A stretch of 64,000 nt of DNA. Source: the human T2T-CHM13v2.0 reference genome, Homo sapiens. The translations under genes and the position numbers were made by a program. The stretch's first letter is position 1, and each line of letters begins with the position of its first letter. Positions 12,653-24,582 of the stretch are shown one piece after another. Below the pieces are notes generated by a model. It made no database searches. It was not told the origin of the DNA and saw only the letters and a list, made by a program, of their open reading frames with translations. The DNA lies in assembly GCF_009914755.1 (NCBI RefSeq), contig NC_060939.1; one strand, given 5' to 3'.

Positions 12653-12800
12653 CACAGGAGTTCTTAGGCGTAGCTGCACATTTGAATTACTGGAGGAGGC
12701 TGTGAGAATCCCAGTGTCTAGGCCACACATGGTAGTGAGATCCAGGCAGCTTTTAAAGCTCCAGATGATTCCAGTATGTGGCGTAGGTTGAGAACTTCTG
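12653..12800. mobile_element. MER5A1-like DNA transposon
   Basis: caggagttctt...gctgcacatttgaattactgg...ttttaaagctccagatgattcc...ggttgagaacttctg. Confidence 0.7.
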
Positions 12801-15800
12801 CATTAGAGCTGAAAATGCAATGGGCTAGTTTAGGAGGGGGTGAGCTCCCTGTTATGGGACGTAGTTAAGCCAAGGTGCATGAATACTTTGCAGGGATCTG
12901 TGAGAGGATCTCAGCATCAGCTGCTGCTCTTCTGAGATTCTTCTCCTCTTTACAGTCCTCCTGCCTTTGCCCCTCAAAGCCTCCCAAGCTTAGCTCCGTT
13001 GAGCGTAGATGCTGCCGAGGTGGTCTAGGCAAGGGCTCCTTATCCAACAAACCCCAAGCTCAGCATCAAACATCCCCGAGCCAGCACCATTCCTCCTGCC
13101 TCCTACATATTAGCTGATGACTAAGCAAAGGGCCGTGTGGGGTAGTCCCAGGACAATCACATTAGACCAACCACATTCCTAGCCACCCACCTATCTGTTG
13201 GGTCTGCTTCATGAAGGTGAAAGAACAAGGACTTGGGGTCAGAAGGCCTGAAAGGAGGACCTGGCTCTTCCCCTTGCCATCTGAGTGTGTTGCTCAATCC
13301 TCGTGCCCTGTGTGGAGCCTGGGTCTGAAGTGTGGGCCTGAGTCGAGGACACGCTGTAAAGTGGTAGGTGAGGGTAAGATGCTGAGAGAGGGCCAGATCT
13401 CAGCTGGGTGATACAGAGGGAAGGGAGGAGCTGTGCAGTGTGGTTAGGAAGGTTTGGAGAGAGAGAAAGGGGCATGAAATGGGCCTTTCAAACGAGACAT
13501 TTAGCCCAGAGCTCAGAGCAAAGTGGAGACATGGGCCAGTTATCTAATAACCCTGATCACAACGCAGCCTCCTAAAAATTCCAAGGCATCTTGGGAGTTC
13601 TTGAGAGTGGCACCAGTTCTGTACGTGGCCAGTGGGACACCCCACCCATAGTCTGCCCCTCACATTCCCAGAACTTCTTGGGGACTGGTACCACCCCGCC
13701 CCAGCCCTCTACCCCACCCCATAGAAAATTGGCTGTGTTCCCCTGGAATCACAAATATAAGAGGAAAAAGCCCCAAAAATATATATCTCTTCTGGGAAGC
13801 ATCCTTTCCCATTCTGAAATAACCATCCACTTCTTCAGCCGTCATGAGCCATAGCACAGAGACAGCAGGAGAGATAACCTTCCAGGACCCCAGAGCTCAG
13901 TGTGTAAGGCAGGCATGGACACTGCAGCCCCTGGCGCACAGGTCTCCATGGGTGCCCAGAGGGACAAACTTAGCACAGCTCAGAGATGGGCAAAAGCTCA
14001 AAGGAATCTCAATCTGAGCCTTGGTAGCAGGAGGCACAAGGAAATAGCGCAGTGCCATGGTAGCTGTGGGCCAGACCTTCTGGGGAGGGTGCAAGTGTTG
14101 GTGGGAGCTGAAGCTGGAGGGTGGCACGGGCCAGGTCTTGCAGAGTTTCTGAACTATGGAACTTGGATTGTATGTGGAGCAGGGAGAGATTTCGGAGAAA
14201 TGCCTGGGGGGCTACTAGGTGGAGGACAGATCACGGTGATGGGCTGCCACTGCAGAGACTTCTGAGAGAGAGCACAGGGAAGAAATGACGAAGATCTCAG
14301 TGTCCACAAACACTTGCTCCTGTTATTTTTCAATTGCACTGTGTTTGCAGTTACCAGCCAGAGCCATTGCCCTGTTCTGTGTCTGCCTTTGTCCCTCCCT
14401 TGGGTTTCCAGTTGAAAAATTCAGCTGCAAGGAAGTTTCTTGGCCCAGACAGGATGAAATCAGAGAAAGTGCGAGGAAAGGGGTCTTCGAAAGACAGGCT
14501 TATGAAACAACCGCGGTTGTCTAGGGGCCACCCAAGGAGGCTCCTGTCGTGCCCGGGAGAATCGTGTTCACTCCGATTCTGGCCACCTAGGACCACAGCC
14601 TTCATCAGCAATGTCGAAGGGGAGATTCAAGTCACCCCAGCCCCATAGTCGGGATGGGGGGTGTGAGAATGAGGATTCTCAAAATGCATTTTATTTCATC
14701 AATTGTTACATGATTAGGTGACTCACTGAACTTACATAGGTTATTGATAATCTATAACCTCATCTGATTCACAGGCTAACACCTCCTACAAACACACAAA
14801 CAAAAAGGATTTAAGGTCGACACTGTGGGATGTTTTATGGGTTTCCTTTTATGAGCTGCAAAAGGAACAATTTTGCAAAAATAAAGAAGTATTTGGGCTT
14901 CTAGAAAACCTGTCCCTCCCACCCCAACCTTTCAGCTAAAAGCACTAAATCATATTAAACAGTTTCATCTTTCAGCAATATGTAAATGTTTTCTCTGACA
15001 TGTCTTTACTTCTGGCCTGAATTTAATGGGTGTGTTTGATTATACAGTCACATGCATCTCTGTGGAGATGTCAACAGAAACCATGCTGGCCTTCACTTTA
15101 GTTAGGGAGGGCAAACCATGGAGTTTGCTTGAGGACAGAAAGATGTGAATTGTGTCTGGTCTAGAGACACAATGGTAAGAAATTTGTGGTAAGGAAAATG
15201 TCTTCCCACCAAGCCATAAGCATTGCCTTTTAAGGGATTCAGCCTAGGGTAAGTGGAAGCTTTTACTAGAAATAAAGACATTGGACCACACATCAGCATG
15301 CGTTCTGAGTCCCAGAGGGAGAATAACTGTGATGGAACGTAAGAGGATGACAAATAGAATGGATGTTTTCCCACTTTGGGAGAAAGTTCTAGATTTTCTT
15401 GGAATGTTGAGACCTGGAGGATATCTTGGAGATCACCTAGACTGTGACTCATCATTGCATAAATGTGAAACATTAGGTTCAGCAGAGAGATGTGACTTGC
15501 TCAAAGGCACACAGATAGTTGGTGACCAAACTGTCACTAAAACTCAGGTCTTGAGTTACTTCCCCCCTCTGAGCATGTTTCTTAGTCTGTGGAATGCACA
15601 TAGTCTCTTCCTCACTGCATTCTTGGCTAAGGTGCACCCTGCACCCTTCTCTCTTCACTTCTCTTTGTTTCCTCTCGTAACCCTTTAACAGACGACTTGA
15701 GGCAGGAAGCGGGGACTCTGTTTCAGAGGTGGATACACCAAGATGTAGTGAGCAGTCTTTAGAAGAAAGAGAGTGGGCAGAACCCAGCCTTGCATGGCAA

Positions 15801-15997
15801 ACCAGTGTCCAGGGCCCCCAGGGTAGTCACCCTTGGTCAGAGATGGGTATCAGAGAGGGGGTCCTGCAGCAGGGACAGCAAGGAAATCTGAAGACGCTCA
15901 GGAGGCAAGGATGGAATCAGGAATGCAGATCCGCAAGGGGACGCCCTGTGGGACTCTTGGAAAGGCAGCAGGCACCACACAAGAGCCAGTGGTTTCT

Positions 15998-16171
15998 CAG
16001 AGGTCAGCAAACTGCTGCTCAAGGGCCAAGTCTGGCCACACCCATGTGTGTTGTCTGTGGCCCTTTCATGCTACAGCTACACAACGGTCAAGTAGTATTG
16101 GGATTGTTGTGGCCCAAAAGCCAAAACTATTGATCATCTAGCCCCTTACAGAAAAAGGTTGCCAGCTCCTG
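15998..16171. mobile_element. MER58A-like hAT element
   Basis: cagaggtcagcaaact...tggcccaaaagccaaaactatt...cccttacagaaaaaggttgccagctcctg. Confidence 0.8.
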
Positions 16172-16189
16172 CTTGAGCTGTCCACGGGC

Positions 16190-16340
16190 CTGAGTTCAAG
16201 TCAAGTGCTGCCCCTTTCTACCCAGGTAACCTTGGGCAAGCCACTTTTCACCTCAGAGCCCCATTTCTGCATCTGTACCCACAACAGGTTTGTTTTGAGA
16301 ATTTCATAAACTCGTGTCTGTGACCGCATCCAGGCTAAGG
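16190..16340 (+). mobile_element. MIR fragment
   Basis: aaccttgggcaagccacttttcacctcagagccccatttctgcatctgta. Confidence 0.7.
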
Positions 16341-16470
16341 AGCAGTTCAGTTGCTTCATGTGCTTGTCACTCCTCTGTGGAGGGAACCAGGGATGTGTAG
16401 CTTGATCGGTCCCTGGAGTGGCAGAAGGCAGGCTGCTGGGCAGGATAAAATTTTTGTCTTCCTGGAAAGG

Positions 16471-16525
16471 ATGACTCACAGACCCATGTTTCTTTTCTTT
16501 TTTTTTTTTTTTTTTTTTTTTCCAG
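16471..16525 (+). promoter_or_regulatory. ST8SIA2: 3' splice site: candidate branch point CTCAC (A16478), polypyrimidine tract, AG 16524-16525
   Basis: atgactcacagacccatgtttcttttc(T)24ccag|ATACTGG. Confidence 0.85.
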
Positions 16526-16811
16526 ATACTGGCTGACCAACAAAGTCCACATCAAAAGACCCACCACCGGCCTCTTGATGTATACCCTGGCCACACGTTT
16601 CTGCAAACAAATCTACCTCTACGGCTTCTGGCCCTTTCCGCTGGATCAGAACCAGAACCCAGTCAAGTACCACTATTATGACAGCCTCAAGTATGGCTAC
16701 ACCTCCCAGGCCAGCCCGCATACCATGCCCTTGGAGTTTAAGGCCCTCAAGAGCCTACATGAGCAGGGGGCTTTGAAACTGACTGTCGGCCAGTGCGATG
16801 GGGCCACGTAG
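16526..16811 (+). CDS. ST8SIA2: Terminal coding exon of alpha-2,8-polysialyltransferase ST8Sia II (STX)
   Basis: From 16527 reads [37 protein letters not shown]...HYYDSLKY...HTMPLEF...VGQCDGAT*: sialylmotif S (PTTG..C...YGF), motif III (HYYD), motif VS (HxxxxE) and the C-terminal Cys; canonical acceptor; TAG at 16809-16811. Confidence 0.97.
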
Positions 16812-19800
16812 GGTGGGCACCCCATGGGACTCAGTGGCTCACATTTCCTGCCAGCTACACCACAGGCAGATGGGAGTCGGGGTGGCACAAACAATAGAAC
16901 AAGCAGGCTAGTGGTTTTCTTTGTTAAAGTGTAAAACAGTGACCAGAATATATATATCTATACCTGCATATATATATTGACCTGAGTATTTATAACTGTG
17001 TGGTGTTCATCTAGCATTAGGCAGATAGGCCACAGGAAGAAGGTGTGGAGAACCCACCTGAACCAGATTGAGACTCAATCCATCTTTGGGGGTGGAAGGA
17101 CTTGACATGAAAAGAAGCCAGTCCCATGACTTTGGATGACAAACTGCCTCCTGGCTTGGAGGGATCTTTGGGCTCATGGATGAATGGCGAGCCACCTGTT
17201 GTCAGCTGCCCCAAGCCTCTGGGATATGTGGATTCGGAGAAAGCTGAGGCCCAGAGGGGACACTCGACCCAGTCTAAAGTGGGTGCCATTCACGGAGGAG
17301 AGGGAGGTTGGAGACTTCAACCGGGCAAAGGAGCACAAGGAAACCAAGCAGCAGAGGCCCCATCAGCACAGAGGGCCTCGTTCCACGAACGTAGAGTTTG
17401 ACTGCCTAAGGGACAGCACGAATGACTCACATGTTTCAGACAGGCCTCCACGGCTATGGAGAGAAGGCTGGAGGAGACACAATGGATGGTTCATGTTCTG
17501 GCTTAGCAAGAGCCACCAAGAACTTTGGGTGAAGCAAGCAGATGACAATGAAGAGGAGTAATGTTCCGAATCATGTTTTTGAAAAATCAAGACCTCCTGT
17601 TAAGGGCCCACTTGACCCTAGAATAAGGCAGGAGAGTGTCTAAAATCTAGCTGCTTTGGGTGTTTTTTAAAGCAATGTGAGTCCACTGAGGAGGAAGAGA
17701 CCCTGGGATTTCACCCTCTGGGTTAGTCTCTGTCTCACCCTGTTAGAATGTCACGAGGGACTGTACTGTCCCCTCTGTCACCAGGGAAGCCACAATGAGA
17801 GCTTGAAAGGGTGCTGTCAAGATAAATGTCATCCTTCTTAAAATACATATGATTGCCTTTTTGGGTGCCTCACAGAGCCCCAGAGTGTGAGACCTGAAAG
17901 AATGTTCAGCATCTAGCTCCATGTCCCTGCAACCACTCTCTGTTTGCCTTCTGCATTCTGCACTCTGCGGGGCCTTTGCAGCCAGACTGCTGTGTCAATG
18001 TTACTTTCTTGTCACTTTCCTACCCTGATGGTCACACTAGCCCACCCCAAGCTCCGACATTGAGGTTTTCATCTCTGCAGGGAGAGGTTCCAATGTCCAC
18101 CCCACCCCCAGGTACCCGCCTCTTCCCACAGAAGCAATTTTAGAATTTTGCAAAATTCTTTTCCCCTTATTGAGATTAATATTTAAGATTAAAAAAAAAA
18201 TACCCAAAGCCAAATGCAGTTCCAAATAGTGGACATAATCTCCCAGGGAAATCTGGGCTCGAGGCCTACAACTTAGGGGCTGGAATCACAGGTCTCACAT
18301 AGAGAAATAGCCAGCTTGAATTTGTTAGTCGTATTCCTTCACCTGATGAATAACAGTGTTTTAAAACATATTTGAAAGGTAAGTAAAAAACTACCATCTT
18401 GAAGGTGAAGGGAGTTAAGAAAAGTAATCAAGACCTGCTCCTAAGCATATGAGACCAGATGTAATTAATCAATGGCAATGCAGAACAGGACCTTGGCTCT
18501 AAATTAATGGTTGACCGGAAGGGATTGGAGGCGGCAGAACCATTAACCCTACACAAGAACACTCCAGCCCAAAACCGTGAGGAAGGTGATATATCTCTGC
18601 ATTTTCCCTTGTTGTTGCTTGAAGTCTGTGATTGGGGATTTGCGTTATAAAATGAATATTTTAAAAAGCAACAGCCCTAATAGCCTCTGTGGGAACTGAG
18701 TGGTTTCGGACTCCTCACAGGCGGTGGAAATAATTAATACCATATTTTATACATCTCCAGAGCCTTTCATCTTGAGGATCTCAAAGACCGTAGAAGACAT
18801 TTAATTTCTAAAGCTTGAAGTGCCCCGAGGAGCAGGTAGAATTTCCAGCAGGGCCTTGGTGGATTAACCAAGGCCTTGGATTCCAGAATGTTTCATGGTA
18901 AGCACTGTGGAGAACCTACATGTCAGGTTCTGGAGTTGGCCCTGAGCTCTATCCACCAAGCCAGCACCCCACCATCCCTTTGCAGGGGAGTCAAAGGGCC
19001 AGAACTCCTTGGGGGACCAGAACATGGTTTTCCTTCTGCCTATCTTAGTCATGGCTCCTAAAATTGAAGCTGATATGAGCTGGAGTGCAAGGAGTCCTTC
19101 CACCCTGCCTTCAGGTTCTCTCTGGAGAAAGGTTAGAGACCCCAGGACAATCAACATGTGCACCGTTCCCCTCCTCGGCTTGAGTCCTGCACTACCAAAA
19201 TGGCCTGGCCATTTGATGGCGGAGCTCCAGGGGCCTTGGCTTTCTCTGGCTCATTGTCCTTCTCCATCTGGGCCAATTGTCCTTCCCTGCCCATTCAGAG
19301 TTCAATTTGAGCCTCCACTGCAGTTCCTGGTGTGGGCCAGCTGGTGTTGGGTGGCCCCAGGGAGTCACACAGCCTGTACCCGGCCCCGAGATCCTCTGCT
19401 GTAACTGCAGGGTCACAGGCATCCCGGGAGAATGGGCCTCCACCCTCAGCCAGCCCTCACTGCTGACAGGCACCCCTCTGTCACCTCCTGCCACCTGTCA
19501 GATACCCAGCCTGCCCGCCATCAGCCACCCGAGTGGTTCCGACCTCCATTCACCTCAAGCCCCAACAGGCCCCTGTCATTCCACTTCATGGAAGAGACGG
19601 AGCCTTCTGAAATGAGATCTACCCTGAAAATCTCTTCTCCTTCCCCTTTCTGAGAAACGTCATCCCCACCAGTTAACGTTTCCTGTACACCCTCACCCTC
19701 TCTCGTCCATCTCTGTTGCCTCTGCACATCAGCACACACTGACTCCACCTGGGCTGGCTCCTGCCGCCTCTTCCCTACCTCCTCCACTAGCCGCAGGAAG

Positions 19801-20239
19801 GGCCTCCAGCACCCACAACTGCCCTTCCTCTTGATGCCCCTCGGCTTCCCCCCAGCCTGGCAGCAGCGTCCCAGCGCCTCCACATTGCCCCTCTCACCTC
19901 CCAGCTCTCCACGCCACTTGGCTCTGCAGCGACCCCTCCTAGACGCTCCCTGGCCCCTCGGCACCCAGAATGCCACATTCTTGTGTTTTTTTCCTCCTTC
20001 TTTCCCAATCCCTCTCAACCATGTATTTATTTATATATGTATGTATTTTTTTATTTATTATTTATTTATTGAAACCCCTACTTTGATTGACAAAGGAATC
20101 AAGGTAGATCTGACCAGTATTCCCCTCTCTTCTCCTTGTCCCACCACATGGACATGCCTTACACTGGCGTCCTCTCCTGAGTCCCTCCGCACTCTCCATC
20201 AGCAACCTCACACCTGCCTTCAGACCCGGCTGCAACTTC

Positions 20240-21140
20240 CTAAGCTGCCCCTGCCCCAGCTCCTCTCTGCAACCCAGCCCTCTCCTGAGCTCTAGGCTGG
20301 GATTACACCCGCTGGAGGGACACTCACCCCGTCTGCTCCCACGGCAGCACCATCAACTCAACAAGTCAGAAGCCAAGTGGATCATCTGTGTCCCCTTCCC
20401 CCACAATCCCTCCTTTTTCTAGTAAAAGACCCGTGATCCCGTCAGCCACCCAGTCTGAGATGCTGACGTTATCTTCGACTATTCTTCCCTGTCCTGCCTT
20501 GCTAATTCTTCCCACTAGCACTAATCTCGACTCTTTGTCACTTGGACTATTTCAGCAACAGTCTCATCTCCCAGATTACCTCTGTGCACACTGACACGTG
20601 GTCCCGTCCATCCTGAACATGCACAGTGATTTTCCTCTCCCGTTGCACACAAACCTTTAAAAGTTCCCCGGCCCGTGAACAAATGTACAATTCTCTATTC
20701 TGACATTACAGACCACCGGATAAGGCCCCATTCTTCCTTTACACCCTCCCCTGGTCAGCCTAGGAGAGTTGTTTTTCCTGGAAAGGGTGCCTGCGTTTTA
20801 CTGTCTCTGTGCCTTTGGTCTTGCTATCCCCATCCCCTGGAATGCTCCCTTTTCTTCCCTTCAAAGCCCATGCGGAAACCACGTCCTTCATGAAGCCCTC
20901 CCTGATGTACCAACCACTGGGATCTCTCCCTCTGCTGAACCACCGTAGCACTTTATTTGTACCTTTCTCATGGCACTTACCATATTCTGCCTTGTATTAT
21001 AGTTATTTGTGCACTTGTCCTTTGACTGTTCTTAGACTGTAAGCTTGCCAAGGGCAGGGACTGTGTTTTATTCATCTGTATCCATCACAGCACTAGGCGT
21101 GGTGCATAGCACACAGCAGTTGCTCAATAAATGTTTGTTG
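20240..21140 (+). mobile_element. L2 3' region inside the ST8SIA2 3'UTR
   Basis: ccagccctctcctgagctctagg; tagactgtaagcttgccaagggcagggactgtgttttattcatc; gcacacagcagttgctcaataaatgtttgttg (L2 terminus). Confidence 0.75.
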
Positions 21141-21147
21141 GATTAAA
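21126..21147 (+). terminator. ST8SIA2: Poly(A) signal AATAAA (21126-21131) plus ATTAAA (21142-21147)
   Basis: gcacacagcagttgctcAATAAAtgtttgttggATTAAAtcc, within an L2 3' end. Confidence 0.7.
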
Positions 21148-24069
21148 TCCTTAATACCTGTAGAGGGCTTTATACTTAAGGAAGTCATTTTGCATCTATA
21201 ATATCACAAGAACCTCTGAAAAATCATGTGGGTTGGACCAAAGCAGAAATCATTATCCCCGTTGTATAGGTCATAAAACTGAGGCCAAAAACCTGCATGA
21301 AGCCTCACGGCTTCCTGGTAGAATGTTCATCCAGGTCTTCTCATCCTCACTTCAGGGCTTTTCCTGTTCATCTTTGTGGTTGGATCACTGTAAACTGAAA
21401 ACTAGCCCTATGCAGAGGCCTAGACACAGAGACCCAACAAACCTCAGCATGAACCCCATCAGCACAGGCAAAATCTCACTCCTTTCTGGGAAGGACGAAA
21501 GCCATTTGGGTTTTACGAGTCCTGGGAGGTGGAGTTATAGGACCCCATCAGTCATTCCCACTGCTGTTGTTGAGGGTAGGAAACCATCCTTCCAGATGGC
21601 AGGGAGACTAACAACTCCAGGGGGCTGCTTTTTGATAAATCTCTTCATGCCTAATTAAGGCTCCCTCTCCAGAATGAATGGAAGAGGATGTTTACTGATG
21701 CCAGTCAGATGGGACTCCAGACATGTGTACTGCCTCATGAATGTCCTTAATGCTATCCCCAATGACACTGACAGCCTGCCCCAGCCTCTGTCTCTCACCA
21801 ACACTGCCGAATGTCGTCTCTTCTCATCTTTATCTCTATTCTTTGCTTCCTGTCTTCAGGGCTCTTCCCTTGGCATTCACCAGGAGCAGAGTGAGCCCAG
21901 AGAGCTGAGTGGTATCCCTTCTTCTTGGGTCCCTGAGCCCTGACCTGGAGCAATGCTGTGAGACAGCAGGAAAGGAGGGGAGTGTGGAGTGGGGAGCACT
22001 ATATGCCACTCCTCATGGAAGCAGAAAAAAAAACAGGCTTTTGTTCTGGTGGCAGGTCATCCACAACAATGGGATGTTTCCATGGTTACCATCTAGAAGC
22101 AATATCTTAGTTGTTTGGGGCTTTATGATGGGGGTAATGTAATTTCTGTTCTTAGCAATCCAGGTGACAGGGCAATTTCCATATATAGTCCACTGAGCCA
22201 TCCAGCCCCAGATCATAGTTTCTCTAGAATCGTCCTAGCTGTCTGCAGCCAAAGCCCAATAGAACCACCCAACAAAGAGCACTAAAGGTCCCCTGTGGCC
22301 TTTCTCAGTCTTCCTCACCATTTCCTCAGCCACCTTTCCCTAGAACCTGGGGGATGGGAAATGGGGCTACTGTGGGCTTCCAAGAACCATGCCAACAAAG
22401 ACCTCAAGTTCTCCAGTCATGACAACATTTTTAAATATTTAAAAGCATTCTCCAAAACTGACCCAGAACCAGCTATGAGCGGCCATCCCTTAAGGAATTA
22501 ATAGAAAATGAGGATCCAATGGCCAAAAAGTGGAGGACTGCCATGCAACCCACATGGACCCTAGAGTGATGGGTCCAGGCAGTCATGGGGGGAGTGCAGC
22601 CCTCCATTCAGCATGCTGAGGCAAGTCAAATGGGGTTGGTGCAGGAAAACGCCCTTTCAATTTGTTTCCAAGTGTCTTTATTTTCTAAAATGAGACTGTA
22701 ATGGTGGAGCTGCTGGACAAAGTCAATGAAGGGATGACTGGCCCGTCAGAATCATGAGTGCTTAACAGAAGCTGTGTGTTCCAGGGAAGACCACTCTGAG
22801 GCAAGCTGTTTTACTGCATTCTCATTCCAGTGGCCTAGGTGGGCAAGAATATAACTCACTGTAATAACAACAGCGGGACAGGTTGCTTGGCTGTATCTTG
22901 TGTTCACAAATGCCCCATCTCTGGTCAGGAGCTCTGGAAGGAGTACCAGATGATCTGAAAGCCTGCCACTCAAGAACCTAGAGGGCATGAATGAGACTTG
23001 GCTCTGGTATTTTTCCATCTGTAAAATGGAGAAGACACCTACCGACCTCCTTTATGCAGTTATTGCAAAAATGCAAATACAGGACAAGGTAGATAGAGAA
23101 ATTGGGTAGAGGGAGTGGGGATGCTCAGTGGTATAAAGCAAGTGAAATGTATGCAGCTGTGAGTTTTCAGGATTCTGCTTGTCCAACATCAGATCACACC
23201 ATTGCCCTGCTTAAACCCTCAGTGGCTTTCCTTCATCCTTGCAAGAAAATTCCAAGCATCTTACCATGGCTTACAAGACCTTGAGCCCTCCTCCCTCTGG
23301 CTCCCTGTTATTCTAGTGTCAGGGCCTTTGCACTTGTTGCGCCCTCTGCCTGGAAATCTGCTTCCCAGCTCCTTGCCTTCCCTCTCTGTCTCATCTTTCA
23401 TGCTTCAAATTGAATGTCACCTCCTGGGGAGCCTGCTCCTTGTCTCCCTCAGCTAATTACTTTCTATTACACGACACATTATCCTGCTAGGTGGTCTTCA
23501 TAAACTAAATTATCTCATTTATTTTGTAGTTCTCAACCCCAAGGACCCTCCTAAAAGATCCCAGTGCTCAGGCCACACTCCACACAAGTTTAAACATCTC
23601 TGGAAGCTGATCACGGACATCTTCCTGGCTCACGGTCAGAACTGAGAAACAATGACATATCTGCTCACTAGTTTATGGTCTACCTCCACTTCTAGGATGT
23701 TCCAGGGGTACTTGTTTTCCACAGGGGTCACCTATGCCCTGGAAGGTGGAAGTGGCCCTCCTCCAAAGTAATTGTTGATGACTCTGCCTGGGGTGCTGGC
23801 AACAGGCTTGCAATGTGACCATATCCCTGGTGCTCTCAGCAGGTACAGGCCAGCTTTGAATTTCCCAAGGATGACACTTTACCCCCTGCAGCTCCAGATA
23901 AATGTCCAGCATTTTTACCCATTAGCTGAGCTAGTGGGTGGAATTTTTCCAGTCCCCATTTGACCCACTCAGAGAATTTCATGAGCCTTGCCTTACCCAG
24001 GAGGCTCTTTCCTGGCTTGTGCAGGCTTTAGAACTCCACCCCCTAGCCCCACCCCAAAGACCTTTATGA

Positions 24070-24230
24070 GCTCAGCTGGACATTGGAACCACTGGAGGAG
24101 CTTTAAAACCTCCTGAAACCTAGGTCTGGCCTTCAGGGAATCTGATTCCTTGGTCTGGGGTATGGCCCGGGCATCTCCTGAAGCTCACCAGGTCACACAG
24201 AGGTGTAGCCCCAGCTGGGAACCACTGACC
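24070..24230. mobile_element. MER5-family remnant upstream of the C15orf32 ATG
   Basis: cattggaaccactggaggagctttaaaa...tctgattccttggtctggggtatggcccgggcatc...gggaaccactg. Confidence 0.65.
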
Positions 24231-24469
24231 CAGACTCAGTTCCTGAATTTCTGTGACCGCTTCCATGGCAGCCCCTCTCAGGCCCCTGGTGTGAGGTCTT
24301 TCTTTTGCTTCTGGCTTCTGAGAGTTTCCTTTCCTGATTCCAGGCTGGGCTCGGTTTTGTCTGGTGGGTTTTTTTGCCACTGCCGTTGTGTTAGTGGCAT
24401 CCAGGTCTCCGGATTACTACATGCTTGCAGTGGGAGGAAAGGCCTGTCTACCATGTTCTCTGCCTCCCC

Positions 24470-24582
24470 TTCATGCTCTGTGAGGAGAGGGGCCTTGTCT
24501 GGCATGTTCACCGAGGCAGTCCTGACCACTAGAACTGTGCTTGGCACAGAGTAGGCACTTAATAAACTCCTGCTGCATGAAC
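24470..24582 (+). mobile_element. L2 3' terminus overlapping the C15orf32 ATG
   Basis: ctagaactgtgcttggcacagagtaggcacttaataaactcctgctgcatgaa vs L2 CTAGCACAGTGCCTGGCACATAGTAGGTGCTCAATAAATATTTGTTGAATGAA. Confidence 0.75.

Larger units (their letters stand above)
1..16525 (+). other. ST8SIA2: 3' part of the last intron of ST8SIA2
   Basis: Ends in T24 (16498-16521) + CCAG acceptor directly before the sialyltransferase exon; no upstream sialyltransferase exon recognised in the window. Confidence 0.85.
16812..21155 (+). other. ST8SIA2: Long 3'UTR of ST8SIA2 (~4.3 kb, end approximate)
   Basis: Runs from the stop codon to the first canonical AATAAA I noticed (21126); length agrees with my recollection of the annotation. 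Confidence 0.7.

Noticed and set aside
16575-16811. Stand-alone 78-aa protein
   Set aside because: It is the in-frame tail of the spliced ST8SIA2 exon that starts at 16526
18188-18200. ATTAAA as a proximal poly(A) signal
   Set aside because: It merges into a genomic A-run, so apparent 3' ends here could be internal priming; unsupported without data
19521-20295. Overlapping 154-165 aa ORFs in the ST8SIA2 3'UTR
   Set aside because: C-rich, stop-poor composition explains them; non-ATG starts and low-complexity translations
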